From: Heterodontus francisci
Taxonomy: Eukaryota
Length of the DNA stretch: 64,000 nt
Assembly (NCBI RefSeq): GCF_036365525.1
Contig: NC_090377.1
Coordinates: forward strand, 39,028,201-39,092,200
Direction of reading: 5' to 3'
Shown: in pieces, positions 38,888 through 52,134 of the stretch
Numbering within the stretch: the stretch's first letter is position 1
Layout of the letters: every line of letters begins with the position of its first letter
Notes under the pieces: model-generated
Seen by the model: only the letters and a program-made list of their open reading frames with translations
What the model was told of the DNA's origin: nothing
Database searches by the model: none
Made by a program: the position numbers and the translations under genes

Positions 38888-39528
38888 GGGCTGGATTTTA
38901 CCAGTCCTTTGGGATGGTCTTGGAGCAGTGGGGTGGCAGGAAGGCTGGCAAAATGGCAGGGGAAGATGGTGGGTGGAGTGCCCGTGGGAAAGGTGGCAGA
39001 TGAACCTGCCTACCCAGAATGCAATTGAACCACTTAAGTGGCCAATTAAGATTCTCTACAGCCTCCATTAGCAGTTTATCAGCTGCTGGGGGACCCTCCA
39101 CCACATGGGGAGACCGTCCAATGAAACCTGACAGTCTCCCAGCGGCTTCCTGCAGGCTATGGCGGTAGGAAGGGGCCTACTATCAGGCACTCTTTGGCCC
39201 ATGGAGGGGATCCATGGCAGCAACGGCCGCTCCACAGCAACATGCCACCTGCCCTCTGTAACCTCCCTTCCCTCGCCAGGACCTGCCTGACTGGCCCCGG
39301 GGGCCCCCAGACTCCACTTAACTGACTGTGAAGGAGCACGGCTATCGATGCTGGCCCTCTGATTGGGCTGTCAGCTCTTGGGGGTGGACCGCTGTCCTTA
39401 ATCAGGACAACAACCCTGGCGGCATCCACTTAATTGGCTGCCGCCGACAAAATGCGGCTCCAGGACCCGCAGTCTGCCATTTTCAGCCCTGGCGGCGGGC
39501 ACCCTGCCACCTATATAAACTTCCGGCC
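38888..39528. mobile_element. Harbinger-type MITE
   Basis: GGGCTGGATTTT ... AAACTTCCGGCC, with TAG on both sides; internally similar to 34096-34817. Confidence 0.75.
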
Positions 39529-41585
39529 TAGGTCTAGATAGGTGTTGGTACTAATATGTGTCAGACGACCGTTACATTTAAGCCAATATTCTTGAATGTT
39601 GTAAAATACATTGCTTGGGTGATGCGCTTAATTCCTAATCTCAGATAGTACATTCTGCCATGAGAAACAGATCTGTTACGCCAATATTGCACCCACTCGA
39701 CCTCTATAGCTTAAAATTTGCTATTTAGAGACAAGCCAAGTTTGAAGGGATAAAATGTGTAGTTGTATTTCTGGGTGTCTTTCACTGTCCAAATGGACAT
39801 AATGAGATTAAACAAGAAGCAGTACATGTGCATTATTCAGCTTTGTTAGCATTGATAGTTTCTCGAAGTTTTCTTAAATGCTTCACACTCGAAATAACAA
39901 CAGAGCTTGTCACATGTTTAAATTTTCTGCATGAACTGTGAGCATTTAATAAAATGAAGATACAGGTATTGGCAACTCTGCTACTTCCATGGGGAAATGA
40001 CTTTGTATTCTTAGAATATTAATTAATCTGATTCATCCTTGTACTCACACGTCCATACTATAACTTCAACGGTTCTCCTTTATAATTCCCCAGCACCAAC
40101 AGCAGGAAAATTTGCATTTCTAAGATGTCTGTTGCAGCTGGAGGCGGGCCTTGAGGCGGCTGCTACATAGTCAGCTGATGCGGCAGGAAGTGTTGGGTGC
40201 ATGTTTAAAGGCCCACCAGCACCCGAACCTTGTATCAAACTGTGGCCAGCAGGAAGCCTGCGACTAGCAACCACCCACTTCAGTCAGTAACCAGACAACT
40301 GCACTCTCCAACCAAAGATCCCTTCAGATTGCATGATGTCCATACTACCTTGACCCTGCCACCCTTCCAGTGCCCTACTCCTTCCTTGCAATGAATGTGA
40401 AATGCCTCACTGCACAGCTGCTGAGTGCAGCAACATCATCAGCTGCTGCTCTGTTGCTGCCCTTTAAGAGCTGCCAAAGCTCTAACCACCTGTAATGCCC
40501 ATACACTACTCGAATAATTTTGAGGGGCCCATAAAATCAGTTTGAATTGCCTCCTTAATCATCTAAATAACCTTTTAATTGCTCGTTTTCAAAATGCGAG
40601 CAGAGTCCCCACACGACTTGTCATCCACTGCTCGTGAAATTGTGTCCTGGCATGATGACAAAGGAGGCCCAACCCGCACCATCTCACGTGATGTTACGCT
40701 CCCCCCCACCCCCCCATGCCTCCATCACCGTCTGCTTTTTCCCCGTAATATTCCAGCCCTCATCTCAACAGTTTAATGCAATAGATCCGGTGGTTTAATG
40801 TACTTAAAAGGAAAAGGTATCTCTATAGGCGATTACTCTGATTAAGCAATCTTTTGTTATAAATTACGCCAGGGTTACTTAATATTTTTTATTTTTGTGA
40901 ATGCGTTATGTATGCTTGGCTCCACTCTCCACATAGACTTATATCAAGATCAGAATATATTGATCCTAATGTTGCAAAGCCGACTTGTTTCAAGGTCATA
41001 CATGATCAGAATATGACAGTGAGTTATAGAGTGGTTTATTATTTTCAATGTCAAGAAGATCAAATCAATAATTCTACTGTGAAAGTGAATGAAAACAAAA
41101 GTGAACAGTGGTATTGGCGCTTGTACTGATTGGGGCAGGCTGTGGAAACAAAAATAGGAAAAATAAGGGATAAAAGGAAAAGACAGGGAGGGAGAAAAAA
41201 AGGAGACAGAGGAAGAGAGAATTTGACAAGTGAAGAGATGGGAGAGGAGAACACATTAATGGGCTGAAGAAATCAGTATTCCTATTTTTACAATCAATCA
41301 AGTTTCACTGCTACTTGTACCATTTTAAAACTGGAGAGGGCAGGACATCCTGTTGGGTATTTACACATTTACAACATTCTAATTCCGATGTGATTTTTAA
41401 TGATCAAAAATAGTGAACAATTTGTGATGGAATCTGCAGTTTTGGAGGAACCAGTAGGAAACATGTGTGAACTGTTGTCTGAACAGATGACTTATTGAAT
41501 GTTATGTTAGGTGCACTGACTCTGGTTTCAAAGCTTGTTTTTGTTTTGAGACAGACCCTAACTGAAAGGGAAATTAAAATTAAAA

Positions 41586-41752
41586 AGGTTGATAGGTAAA
41601 TTGGCCATTATAAATTGCCCCTAGGATAGGTAGGGGAATTGTGGGGATGTGGTAGGACTATGGGATTAATGTAGGATTAGTATAAATGGGGGGTTGATGG
41701 TTGGCACAGACTCAGTGGGCTGAAGGTCCTGTTTCAGTACTGTATCTCTAAA
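41586..41752 (+). mobile_element. HE1/V-SINE type SINE, 3' half
   Basis: Matches the 3' half of 45329-45691. Confidence 0.85.
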
Positions 41753-42416
41753 AAATAAAAACTTCAAGTTTCTGGGGAAACAGAAACTGGTTGAAACCAG
41801 ATTAAAAAAAGACACAGAGCCACCCAAACTCAGATTACACAAGGGTGGAGTGCAAGCAGGCTGAAGAAAGTGAAGGCTGGATCCAGGAGCTGTTTCTGTT
41901 ACTTAACCAGAGCTGGCCATACTGTGCACAGGGTTGTCACTGAAGGGCTTGCATAAAGGTAATACTGGTGGATCCACACCATCAAAACTGTCATGAGCAG
42001 AGCTGAGGAGGTTCTGGAGAAGAGTGCTGTTTTGTTGAAGATTGTACCCATGGAGTTCCGGTTGAAGGGGAACTGCTGTCGGATGTGAATCGGTAGCTGC
42101 ATCTTGGAAGAATGGAGCTGGCGATCTATCTGAGGAAGTCCAGAGTTTTGAAGAACTTTGTGGCTATAATTGGTGACATATACGCTGAATGGACTGCCCA
42201 GTAAATCTGAGAGATCTATCTTTGTTGTATTTGATAGTTAATGTATAAATTGTAATAGACATACCACAGTCAATATATATGTTAATTCATGTTTAATTTA
42301 TGTTGATTTTAATTTGTTGAAGTAAAAGTTATAAAAGTGAAATCTTGTCCATTTAGTTTTGTTTATTAGAGTTGTTAGGTAAATTTGGTTCATTTGGTTT
42401 GTTGATCTTGGCAAGT

Positions 42417-44267
42417 CCTTTATTCAAAAAGAGAGGGAGACAGAAAGCAGGAAACTACAGGCCAGTTAGCTTAACATCTGTCTTAGGGAAAATGTTTGAA
42501 GCTATTATTAAAGATGGCATAGGAGGGTAAAGGGCTGCTACCCGACTCGAACCCAATGGGACCTGATGACATGTGTCGGGTTCGGGTCAGGTCGGGTCGC
42601 TCTTCCGGGTCCGGCTTTCAGGCTTGGGCCGGGTCTGAGTCAGGCCGGGCACACACAGCAAGAAGTGTTCAAAGTAAAAAACCTACCTGAGCTGGGAGTC
42701 CGGGACATCAAAGAGGGAAACTCTGAGTCTGCGCAGTGAGCGAGTGAGCGTCTCTATGACACCATCAGGCTCAGGCTGCAGCTTCCTGCAGATTGGGAGT
42801 CGCAAGGTAGGTAAAAGGAACATTCCGGTGGTTGGATCAGGCTCGGGTCGGGTCGGGCGCAGGAAAAAATGGAGGGACTCGGGCTGGGTCAGGCTCGGGT
42901 CCGATGTGATTCTGTCAGGCTTGGATCGAGTTTTTTTTTTTTTGTGACCTGAGTAGGCCTTTATAGTAGGGCATTTAGAAAAATTCAAGGTAATCAGGCA
43001 GAGTCAACATGGATTTATGAAAGGGAAATCATGTTTAACCAATTTATTGGAGTTCTTTGAGGGAGTTACATGTGCTGTGGATAAAGGATGTACTGTACTT
43101 AGATTTCTAGAAGGCATTTGATAAGGTGCCACATCAAAGGTTATTGCAGAAAATAAAAGCTCATCATGTAGGGGATAACCTATTTGCATGGATAGAAGAT
43201 TGGCTGGCTAACAGGAAACAGAAAGTAGGCATAAATAGGTCATTTTCTGGTTGGCAAGATGTAACGAGTGGTGTGCCACAGGAATCAGTGCTGGGGCCTC
43301 AACTTTTTACAATTCATACAAATGACTTAGTTGAAGGGACCAAAGGTATGGTTGCTAAATTTGCTGATGACACAAAGATAGGTAGAAGAGGAAATAAGGG
43401 GGCTACAAAGAGATACAGATAGGTTAAGTGAGTGGGCAAAGACCTGGCAAATGGAGTATAATGTGGGAAAGTGAAATTGTTCACTTTGGCAGGAAGAATA
43501 AAAAAGAAGCATATTATCTCAATGGTGAGAGATTGCAGAGCGCTAAGATGCAGAGGGATCTGGGTGTCCTGGTGCATGAATCGCTAAAGCTTAGTATGCA
43601 GGTACAGCACGTAATTAGGAAAGCTAATGGAATGTTATCGTTTATCACGAGGGGAATTGAATACAAAAGTAGGGAGGTTATGCTTCAGCTATACAAGGCA
43701 TCGGTGAGACCACATCTGGAGTACTGTGCACAGTACTGGTTTCCTTATTTAAGGAAGGATGTAAATGCGTTGGAGGCAGGACAGAGAAGGTTTACTAGAC
43801 TAATACCTGGAATAGGCAGGCTGTCTCACGAGGAAAGATTGGACAGGCTAAGCTTGTATCCGATGGAATTTAGAAGAGTAAGAGGCGACTTGATTGAAAC
43901 ATATAAGCTCCTAAGGGGTCTTGACAGGGTGGAGGTAGAAAGGATGTTTCCCCTTGTGGGAAAACCTAGAACTAGGGTTCACTGTTTAAAAATAAGGGGT
44001 CGCCCATTTAAGACAGAGACGAGGAGATATTTTTTCTCTCAGTGGGTCGTGAGTCTTTGCAATTCTCTTCCTCAAAAGGCAGTGGAAGCAGAGTCTTTGA
44101 ATATTTTTAAGGCAGAGGTAGATGGATTCTTGATAAGCAAGGGGTGCAAAGTTATCGTGGGGAGGTGGAAATGTGGAGTAATCAGTTCAGCCATGAACTT
44201 ATTGAATGGCAGAGCAGGCTGGAAGGGCTGAATGGCCTACTCCTGCTCCTAATTCGTATGTTCGTAT
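42417..44267 (+). mobile_element. 5'-truncated CR1 LINE interrupted by a hAT MITE
   Basis: GNYRPVSLTS, VPQESVLGP, FADD, VRPHLEYCAQYW; tail TTCGTATG repeats. Confidence 0.92.
42528..42963. mobile_element. Non-autonomous hAT element
   Basis: TIRs TAAAGGGCTGCT ... AGTAGGCCTTTA; 8-bp TSD TAGGAGGG/TAGTAGGG; many TCGGG/GGGTC pentamers. Confidence 0.8.
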
Positions 44268-45092
44268 TAAAATGTGAATGGTAATCCTGCAGGTTACCAG
44301 GACCTGTGTTCAGTTTGAAATCTTATCTGGTACAGGCAGGTGTTCACCATCTATTTTATGCCAAAGCTTAAGTCAAGTCTACTGGTGTGAAACCACTTCT
44401 TCCTTAGAATTTTTCTGACTAGTCATCTGATAAAACATTGTAGTTGTTTGAGAAATATTAGCACAGCAAGTTCAGATGAGTTTTTGCCTGTGACCTGCAT
44501 GACGGATAGAGCACGTTACTTGTTAAGTTTTTGGCACAGGTCTTTGTTATTAAAAATCTTATACTTGGAACATGTCCAGTGCTTGATCCAGCCTCCAGAA
44601 AAATGGCTCAGGGGCAGGATGGTGCCGGCAAACTTGTATGCCAACTGTTGCCGCGAAATTACTCTCCTGCTCACCTCTGAACCCACCCCCATATCGGGGC
44701 AAAAATCGTGCCCCAGGAATCTGATATATATAATTTTAAAAAGACTAACTTCAAAGAAATGATGCAAAAACATAAGCAATTTGTTCAACACCACCTCAAC
44801 AGGTGCCAAGTAGAACACTTTTATCAGTGTAAAGTTGAGCATGCAGAAAAAACAGATCACACAACCACTTAACAGGCATCAGCTAATTGAATTAATAAAC
44901 AAGTCAGTGTGAAATAGAGGAAAAATTATATTTACAGAATCCTGCAGGGCGAAAAGGGATGGCCTGGAGTGAATATGGGAGCATACAGAAATATGTTAAG
45001 AGTGTGATCAAGGGCAAAGGTCAACTCGTAAATCAGAAAAGCTGTAAGTGCAAAATATGACAGAAGAAATTATTTCTTTATCTCAACAGTAG

Positions 45093-46249
45093 GGGCTGGA
45101 TTTTAAGGAGCCCTCAACTTCGGTATCTGTGGCGGGGGAGGCCTGAAGATGGCTCCGGGTGTGGCCCACCTCGGACCTCGACGCTGGCAGGGCCCAGCCT
45201 GATCTTCCTGGCGGCAGCGAGGCACATGGTGCCCCCCCCCCCCGCCCCCTGCTGCTCGGCGATGGGACCACAATCTGCATATGCAAATTACTATAATTGA
45301 TAGATTTATGTATACTTAGGTCTAATGTGGGCGGCATAGTGGCGCAGTGGTTAGCACCACAACATCACAGCTCCAGCAACCCGGGTTCAATTCTGGGTAC
45401 TGCCTGTGCGGAGTTTGCAAGTTCTCCCTGTGACCGGGTGGGCTTTCGCCAGGTGCTCCGGTTTCCTCCCACAGCCAAAGACTTGCAGGTTGTTAGGTAA
45501 ATTGGCCATTATAAATTGCCCCTAGTATAGGTAGGTAGGTAGGTGGTAGGGGAATATAAGGAAGGTGGGGATGTGGTAGGAATACGGGATTAGTGTAGGA
45601 TTAGTATAAATGGGAGGTTGATGGTCGGCACAGACTCGGTGGGCCGAAGGGCCTGTTTCAGTGCTGTATCTCTAAATAAATAAATAAATAATCTTGATGG
45701 CCTGCCGCGATCTCCGGCCTGGCGGCTGGCACTCCCGCACCTTTGGATCCCCCTCTGGGAAAATGAGGTGTCACACTGGTGTGGAGAGGGGAGGAGGTAG
45801 GTTTATCAGTGCAGGAGCGGGGGAATGAGGTCAAATTAACGTCATGGGTGTAGGGGATGGTGGGAAGGGTTGTAGTTTTAAAAATGTACAGTTTGGTTGG
45901 GGGGGGAGGTAAGTGTTTTGGGCAGGGAAAGGGCAAATAGTTAATGTAATTGTCATTTGGGGGGGTGGGAGAGGGGCAAAAGAAATGTATTTATTTAATT
46001 TTATTCAATATGTCTTTAAATAGTTAAGTACGCCAGTCGGGCTGACTGCCCTTTAAACATGGCATCAGCGCCTGCACACAGGCAGCTGACTCCATTGCCG
46101 TGGACGGACATCCGTCCCCTCCACGTGATTGGATGGGTACAGCCCGCCCCGGCTATTTAATGAACTGGTGTGCTTGAGAATGTGGCGGGTGCACCGCCAT
46201 TTTTGGAGCTCGCTGCCGAGATCAGCGGCGAGCTCATAATATGCAGCCC
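45093..46249. mobile_element. Harbinger-type MITE containing a SINE
   Basis: GGGCTGGATTTT ... AATATGCAGCCC; flanks TAG/TAA. Confidence 0.75.
45329..45691 (+). mobile_element. HE1/V-SINE type SINE
   Basis: Head GGGCGGCATAGTGGCGCAGTGGTTAGC, B-box GGTTCAATTC, tail (TAAA)n. Confidence 0.92.
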
Positions 46250-46341
46250 TAAGAGGGCAGTTAGAGAAGAGGTGATAAACATGAAGGACACTAACAGGCT
46301 CCAAGTAGACTATGAGCACAGGATTGTAAACTTTCTGAATG

Positions 46342-46688
46342 TTTAGTTTAGTTATACAGCACGGAAACAGGCCCTTCGGCCCACCGAGTCTGTGCCGACC
46401 ATCAACCACCCATTTATACTAATCCTACACTAATTCCATATTCCTACCACATCCCCACCTATCCCTATATTTCCCTACCACCTACCTATACTAGGGGCAA
46501 TTTATAATGGCCAATTAACCTATCAACCTGCAAGTCTTTGGCATGTGGGAGGAAACCGGAGCACCAGGAGGAAATCCACACAGACACAGGGAGAACTTGC
46601 AAACTCCACACAGGCAGTACCCAGAATTGAACCCAGGTCGCTGGAGCTGTGAGGCTGCGGTGCTAACCACTGCGCCACTGTGCCGCCC
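46342..46688 (-). mobile_element. HE1/V-SINE type SINE
   Basis: Near-identical to the other copies. Confidence 0.9.
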
Positions 46689-46769
46689 AAATGATTACTT
46701 CCTCCAAATATTCACAATGCAAGACCTGTGCAACATTACCTCTCCCAATAGAGATTACCTAGACAACTT

Positions 46770-48760
46770 TGATATATATGAGATGGAACTCTTAGACAGC
46801 CTAAAAGGGCTCAGAACCAACAAATTCTCAGGGAGTTATGGAATTTATCTGAGTGCTGAAAACGACGATGGAGGAGATTTTTGAGGTACGAACAATTATT
46901 GTGACAGAGTCGCTGGATACTGGGGAAGTTCCAGTAAGATGGGAAACAAGCTAATATGGTGTTCATATTGAAAAAGGGTGACAAATCAGACATATGCAAC
47001 TATCTTAGTAAAATAATGGAATCGACTGTCAGGAATAAACTTGAGGATTACCTGAATAATAATTTGGTAAACAGCAGCACACATGGATTCAGAAGCAGAT
47101 CATCTTTAATTTCCTGAACTTATTTGAAATGGTATTCCAAGTGGACTATGGAAATCCCTATGACATGGCATACCTGGACTTACGAAACACATTTGACAAA
47201 GTTCCATATGAAAAACTATAAGTTAATCTCAGCTTTGTAATGATTCAGGGTAAATCTTGCATTAAGGTAAAAAAAAAGCCTTAAAGTTGAAAAAACAGGT
47301 GCTTGGAGGAGTTATGGCAAAGTGGAGTGGGAATACTAAGTGGGGATTCCCAGGAAACATTGAATTTGCATTGTCTTGAACTCAGAAACCCAATGCAAAG
47401 TGATCAAATTTGCAGATCATACAAAACTAGAAGAGGCAATTTTATTGGAGGAGGAAGCTCAGGAATTACTGAATGAGTTGGACAAAATAGGTATGTAGGC
47501 GGAACAGTGACAGATGAAATTTAGAACCATAGAACCATAGAAAAATTCTGGCACAGAAGGAGGTCATTCAGCCTGTTGTGTCTGTACAGGCAAGGGTAAA
47601 TACTGCACATAAGGGTAAATGGATGACGCACACAGTCAGTGAATGGTGTTGATATAGCTAGGGTGAAGTTGACGCATTTTACGCTCAATATTGCCAGCTA
47701 ATGTAGGGCAGCAGTAGAATGTTGTACTTAAGAACCAGAACAGTAGAATATAAGTCTGAGGAAATAATTATCAAACTGCATAGTGCTCCAGTCAGACTAC
47801 AATGTTATGACCAGGTAAGAAAGGGGTCTAGGGTTCCCTCTCAGCCTTCACCTGGTCTTACTGTAACAGGGTTTAATTTCAAACACACTGTGTTTTTAGC
47901 TCCCCCTTAGTGAATCCTTGTTCACTGCTTTCCAATTGTAAGGCAAAGAAACCAGCCAAACAGGTTTTCTTAGGTTCAAAGAAAAAAGGTTGAACTTTAT
48001 TAAACTCTAATTTAGTTAACGCCTACGGATACATGATGCGTCCACGCTAGCATGCATACGCGATACACACATGCAGATAGAGACAGAAAAGAGCAGAAAA
48101 AATGAAGTGGAAACATTTGAGGCAATATCTGAAGATGGGTTTTGGTTACTGTTCTTCGAGCTTGCTGTAGAGTCCTTGATTGTAGGTAGGTCTTACTTTT
48201 TGCTGGAGCCCAGTATACTTCTTAAACCTTGTTCAATGGAGGAGACTTTTCTCTCTCTTGAGGTTCACGTGTCTTCAGTGGGTCCAGAGGCTTGTGAGAA
48301 AGAGATGGGAGCAGACAGGAGAGGTCTTCTCAGTCCAGGAGCAAACAGTCTCAGTTCAAAAACTGTCTGTACAATTCAAAACTCCCCAAGTTGACCAGCA
48401 GGTTAGTCATGTGACCAACTGGTGTAACCACTTTTGTGTTTGTGGATTCTCTTGTCCTGGCAGACCCTGGAATGTCTCTTCTTACACACAATACCTGGTG
48501 ATCAAAGTCCATTTTAGGATAAATAGATAAGGGAAGTAACCTCTCTTGTCCTTATTGGTATGCAAATATCCTCCAGCAAAGTGTCTGGCAGCCGTTGTAA
48601 CAGGCCTTCTCTTTCCAGCAACAATTTGAAATTTAATGTCCATATGGCGAAATTTATATGCCTCATTCTTGGCAGGTGGGGGCCCAGCATGATAACACCT
48701 TGAGTAATGTGTGCAGTTCTAGTCACCAAGACATAGGAAACATTGAGCTATTGGATGCAC
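46770..48760 (+). mobile_element. Old CR1 LINE remnant interrupted by a solo LTR
   Basis: Degraded FDKVP and FADHTK motifs; the VRPHLEYCVQFWSP-equivalent segment is split at 47802/48695. Confidence 0.7.
47803..48694. mobile_element. Solo LTR
   Basis: TGTTATG ... CATGATA termini; 4-bp flanks ACAA/ACAC; cleanly interrupts a CR1 motif; no coding content. Confidence 0.65.
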
Positions 48761-50154
48761 AAGGCTGAGTCCTAGTATTGCACAAATGCAGATACTGGAT
48801 GTTGCTCTCGAGGGCCTTCGCCACCTGGTGCCGATATCAGGAAATTAAAAGTGCATTTCCTACATTTTCAGTCCAGTAAAAGCTAGAACTGGCTGTCAGC
48901 AATATTATATGAACTGTAATGCATTTGTATTAAATTCCTCTCCACCATTTTAGCTGAGGTATGACTTGTTTAATTGCCTGTTTGTTTCTGGATGTGAGTG
49001 GCGCTGCAAGGACACATTTATTGTCCATACCTCCGAGCCCTAAGGAAGTGTCAGTGGGCCTTCTTGAATTGCTGCAATCCTTATGGTGATGGTGCTCCCA
49101 CAATGGTATAAGGCAGGGAATTCCAGTAAAGTGACCATAATATCTTGCAGGCAGAATGGTGTGTGTTCGTGTTCCCACGACATTGCTGCTCTTGTCCTCC
49201 TTGTTGGTGGAGGTCACAGGGGAGCGGGGTGTTTGTGTTAAGTGTTTAGTAATATTTTTGACACTAATTTCCAACTCGTGAGGTCTGACATGTTGCATTT
49301 AAGTAGGCCTGCAGATAACTGGATTTACTGCACATTACTGTAAAGGCATTGTTGGGTGTGTAGGGAGAACTCTTTCTGCATTGGAACTTCTGAACAAAAG
49401 AGTGAAGCAAACTGAATTCTAGAACATAATGATTCATTGAGAATTAGGTCATGGTCAACACACTTACCTAGAAAGCACAAAATTTACAACAGCATCTTAG
49501 GGCATGCCAAATTACAGCGAACAGTACATACACTGTCCTAGGCTGGCCTTGGTCAATAAAAGGAAATTTCAGTATTTAAATTGTGCTTTTTCAATATGTT
49601 TTTACAAATAGATATAAATCATCAATGTGTTTTCCCAACACACCCATGAATGACAAATATATTGCGTATTCTACCTAGTTTTTGTTGAGATCGCCATGGC
49701 ACGATAGTTGGCTCAAGGCCCCTGGAGGGGAAAAATCAGCATGGATGCCCACCTCAATGATCCCTGCTGGGATTGGGCTCATGTGAGCATCGTGCAAAAA
49801 TGGAATTAGGCTTGGTTGTGCTGATCGTCTCATGGTCGAAAAGCCTGCCAAACTCAGTGTCTAAACTCAGATAAAGAATGGCCAGTCAGATGAGCAATTT
49901 GAGGACATGAAGTTCCCATAGAACCATACTCAATAAGGAATTAAAGCCTTCCTGGTAAGAGGAGAATAATGTCAGAAAATGAGGGAAAAATAAACACCAG
50001 GGTTTTGTTTTGGTACAAAAACTTGTGTGGGGCTGATCCAATCACAATTCTGAATAGAATTGACTGTTCATCCCACATCAATTCAACAGAGGGTGCATAC
50101 TGGCATGAAGTCAGTCACTCGTATCAAATCATTCACTTGCATGATCTTCAACTA

Positions 50155-50649
50155 GGCTGGAATTTTCCAGTCGGCCCTGTGGGCCCCTAGTGGCGTCGGC
50201 AGTATAGCAGCTACCTGAAGGCGGTCTCCCAGCATCCGCCCAGGGGTGGGGTGCAGGGGGACAACACTCTAGGAAGACTTTGAGGACCCCCCTCACCTAC
50301 CTGGCCACAGCTGCTGGGGCCATTTCTTCATTCAAAAATGTTAAAAGTGCTGAGAGGGTGGCTCAAGATGGAGGCGCCCCCTCTCTCTCTCTCTCTCTCC
50401 CTTACTGCAACAGCAGTCTGCATGCTGCTTCCATGCTGGAGGGCCTCCTATTGGCTCATGTGAGCATCGTGCAAAAATGGAATTAGGCTTGGTTGTGCTG
50501 ATCGTCTCATGGTCAGACGCCCTCTGGCCATTAATTGGCCAATCCAGGAAAAATTGATGTCAGATGACTACTCCTGACACAGTATGGGGTCAGGAACCAC
50601 ACTTGACCCATAACGGTGGGATCCCGACCCAAAACACAAAATCCTGCCC
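50155..50649. mobile_element. Harbinger-type MITE
   Basis: GGCTGGAATTTT ... AAAATCCTGCCC with CTA on both sides; the 3' part resembles 7020-7267. Confidence 0.75.
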
Positions 50650-52134
50650 CTAGTCTTTGTTTTATGCAGTTAAACTCCCTCTGGTGTGCTACAATGACAA
50701 GCCGCAACTGCAGCTGCGGAAAGGCATCCTCCACTACAACAGGGTGAACTTTTCCATTTCCAAAATTAAAGTCTCATTGAGATTGGCAATTCATGACAAA
50801 TTATGGAAAATTTGTTACTAGACATATGCCCACTAGGAATTGGATTAAGACTGTCTTAACTCATTTCACATAAATCCTTGGCCCCAAAGTGATTCTTGAT
50901 GCAGTAAACCATTATGTCACAAGCACCTGTAAGATCGAATTAGTAGTCCACTGCACTGCAAAGGTTTTCTGCATTTTAATTGGTTTAATTTAATTTTAAT
51001 GGTTCTTTGCATGAGCCAAAGAAGCAAACCTTTCCACGCATTTTAGAATTTGCATTATATTTGGGCTGTTAATTCTTTAAAGCAGCCTGTTTATTAGTTC
51101 AACAATTTATTGATGATCACAGTTTCTGCTAATCATGCTGAATTGAGCACTTCTATGTTGTGGATTCAGCTTGTAACATTTCATTTAGTGCATTCTGAGC
51201 CCACTATGATATCATGATTGCAAATACTCTGGACTTTTGCCCTTCAGCTTTCCAAAGTATTTTATCCCATAAAGGAAATGTATGTTAACTTCAAATTCAA
51301 TAACATTGTAAATGTTTTTACTTTTCTTTTATTTTTCAAAGGCCAGTAGACTCCTTCTGAGAACTTACATATAGAGTGCATTCACTGTCTCATTCCAAGT
51401 AATTTAGAACTTCCTCTGATTTGCCTGCCTTTTCATTAAAGGGCTAGTTGATGTTTCGGGGGACTTTTTTTTCTTAATTATTGTAATTGTATGACAAATA
51501 GGTGTTAGCTGAAGCACACAAGCGCTAAATAATTCTGCCTTTCATCAGTGCCTTTAATAGGATAGCATTTTGCTCATACTATGTAATTTGGATAAAATGC
51601 CTCACAAGGAATTTGTTTATGGTCACTTTAAGCAGACTTCCCCCAGTGACTTGAACCAACCAATTAGGGAAAAAAAAACATGGAAGTAAATTCACAAAAT
51701 CACACAAGACAGTTTTGCATTTGAGCAAAACCTAGCCTGTTCCAGCATGTTCATGAAAAGCTGCAAACACTCATAGCACACTCGGGTTAGTTACTGTGTA
51801 ATGTTTTATAACAGCTGTCAACAGTCATACTGAACAATGCATTTATCACAATATCTAACATTTTTCACATTTTGAAGAATTGTGTTTTATGTGTAAATTG
51901 TCGAGGAATACTATATGACTGAGCTAAATTTTGCAAACTTGACAAACTAGTCTTTAGCAACAACTCAGAGCAGACATTTTAAAGACTCAACAAAATCCTG
52001 AATTAGCATATTTGCATTTTGTTCCAAAAAATGCTAAATTTTGAAAAATGGCCTCTTTGAATATGTGTTTGTATTTTAACATTTCACAATATTTGAATGA
52101 TATACTGTCACATTTTATTGGGTACAGTTGACGT

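Noticed and set aside
40908-41129. Possible extra VWDE exon in the long intron
   Set aside because: Splice signals are weak and there is no resemblance to VWDE. Exons ending at 21896 and starting at 54391 already join in frame.
41770-42412. Possible LTR fragment
   Set aside because: The composition is LTR-like, but I could not identify termini or a TSD.
45329-45405. tRNA gene
   Set aside because: The A and B boxes belong to a SINE head followed by SINE body and tail. The same applies at 60038.
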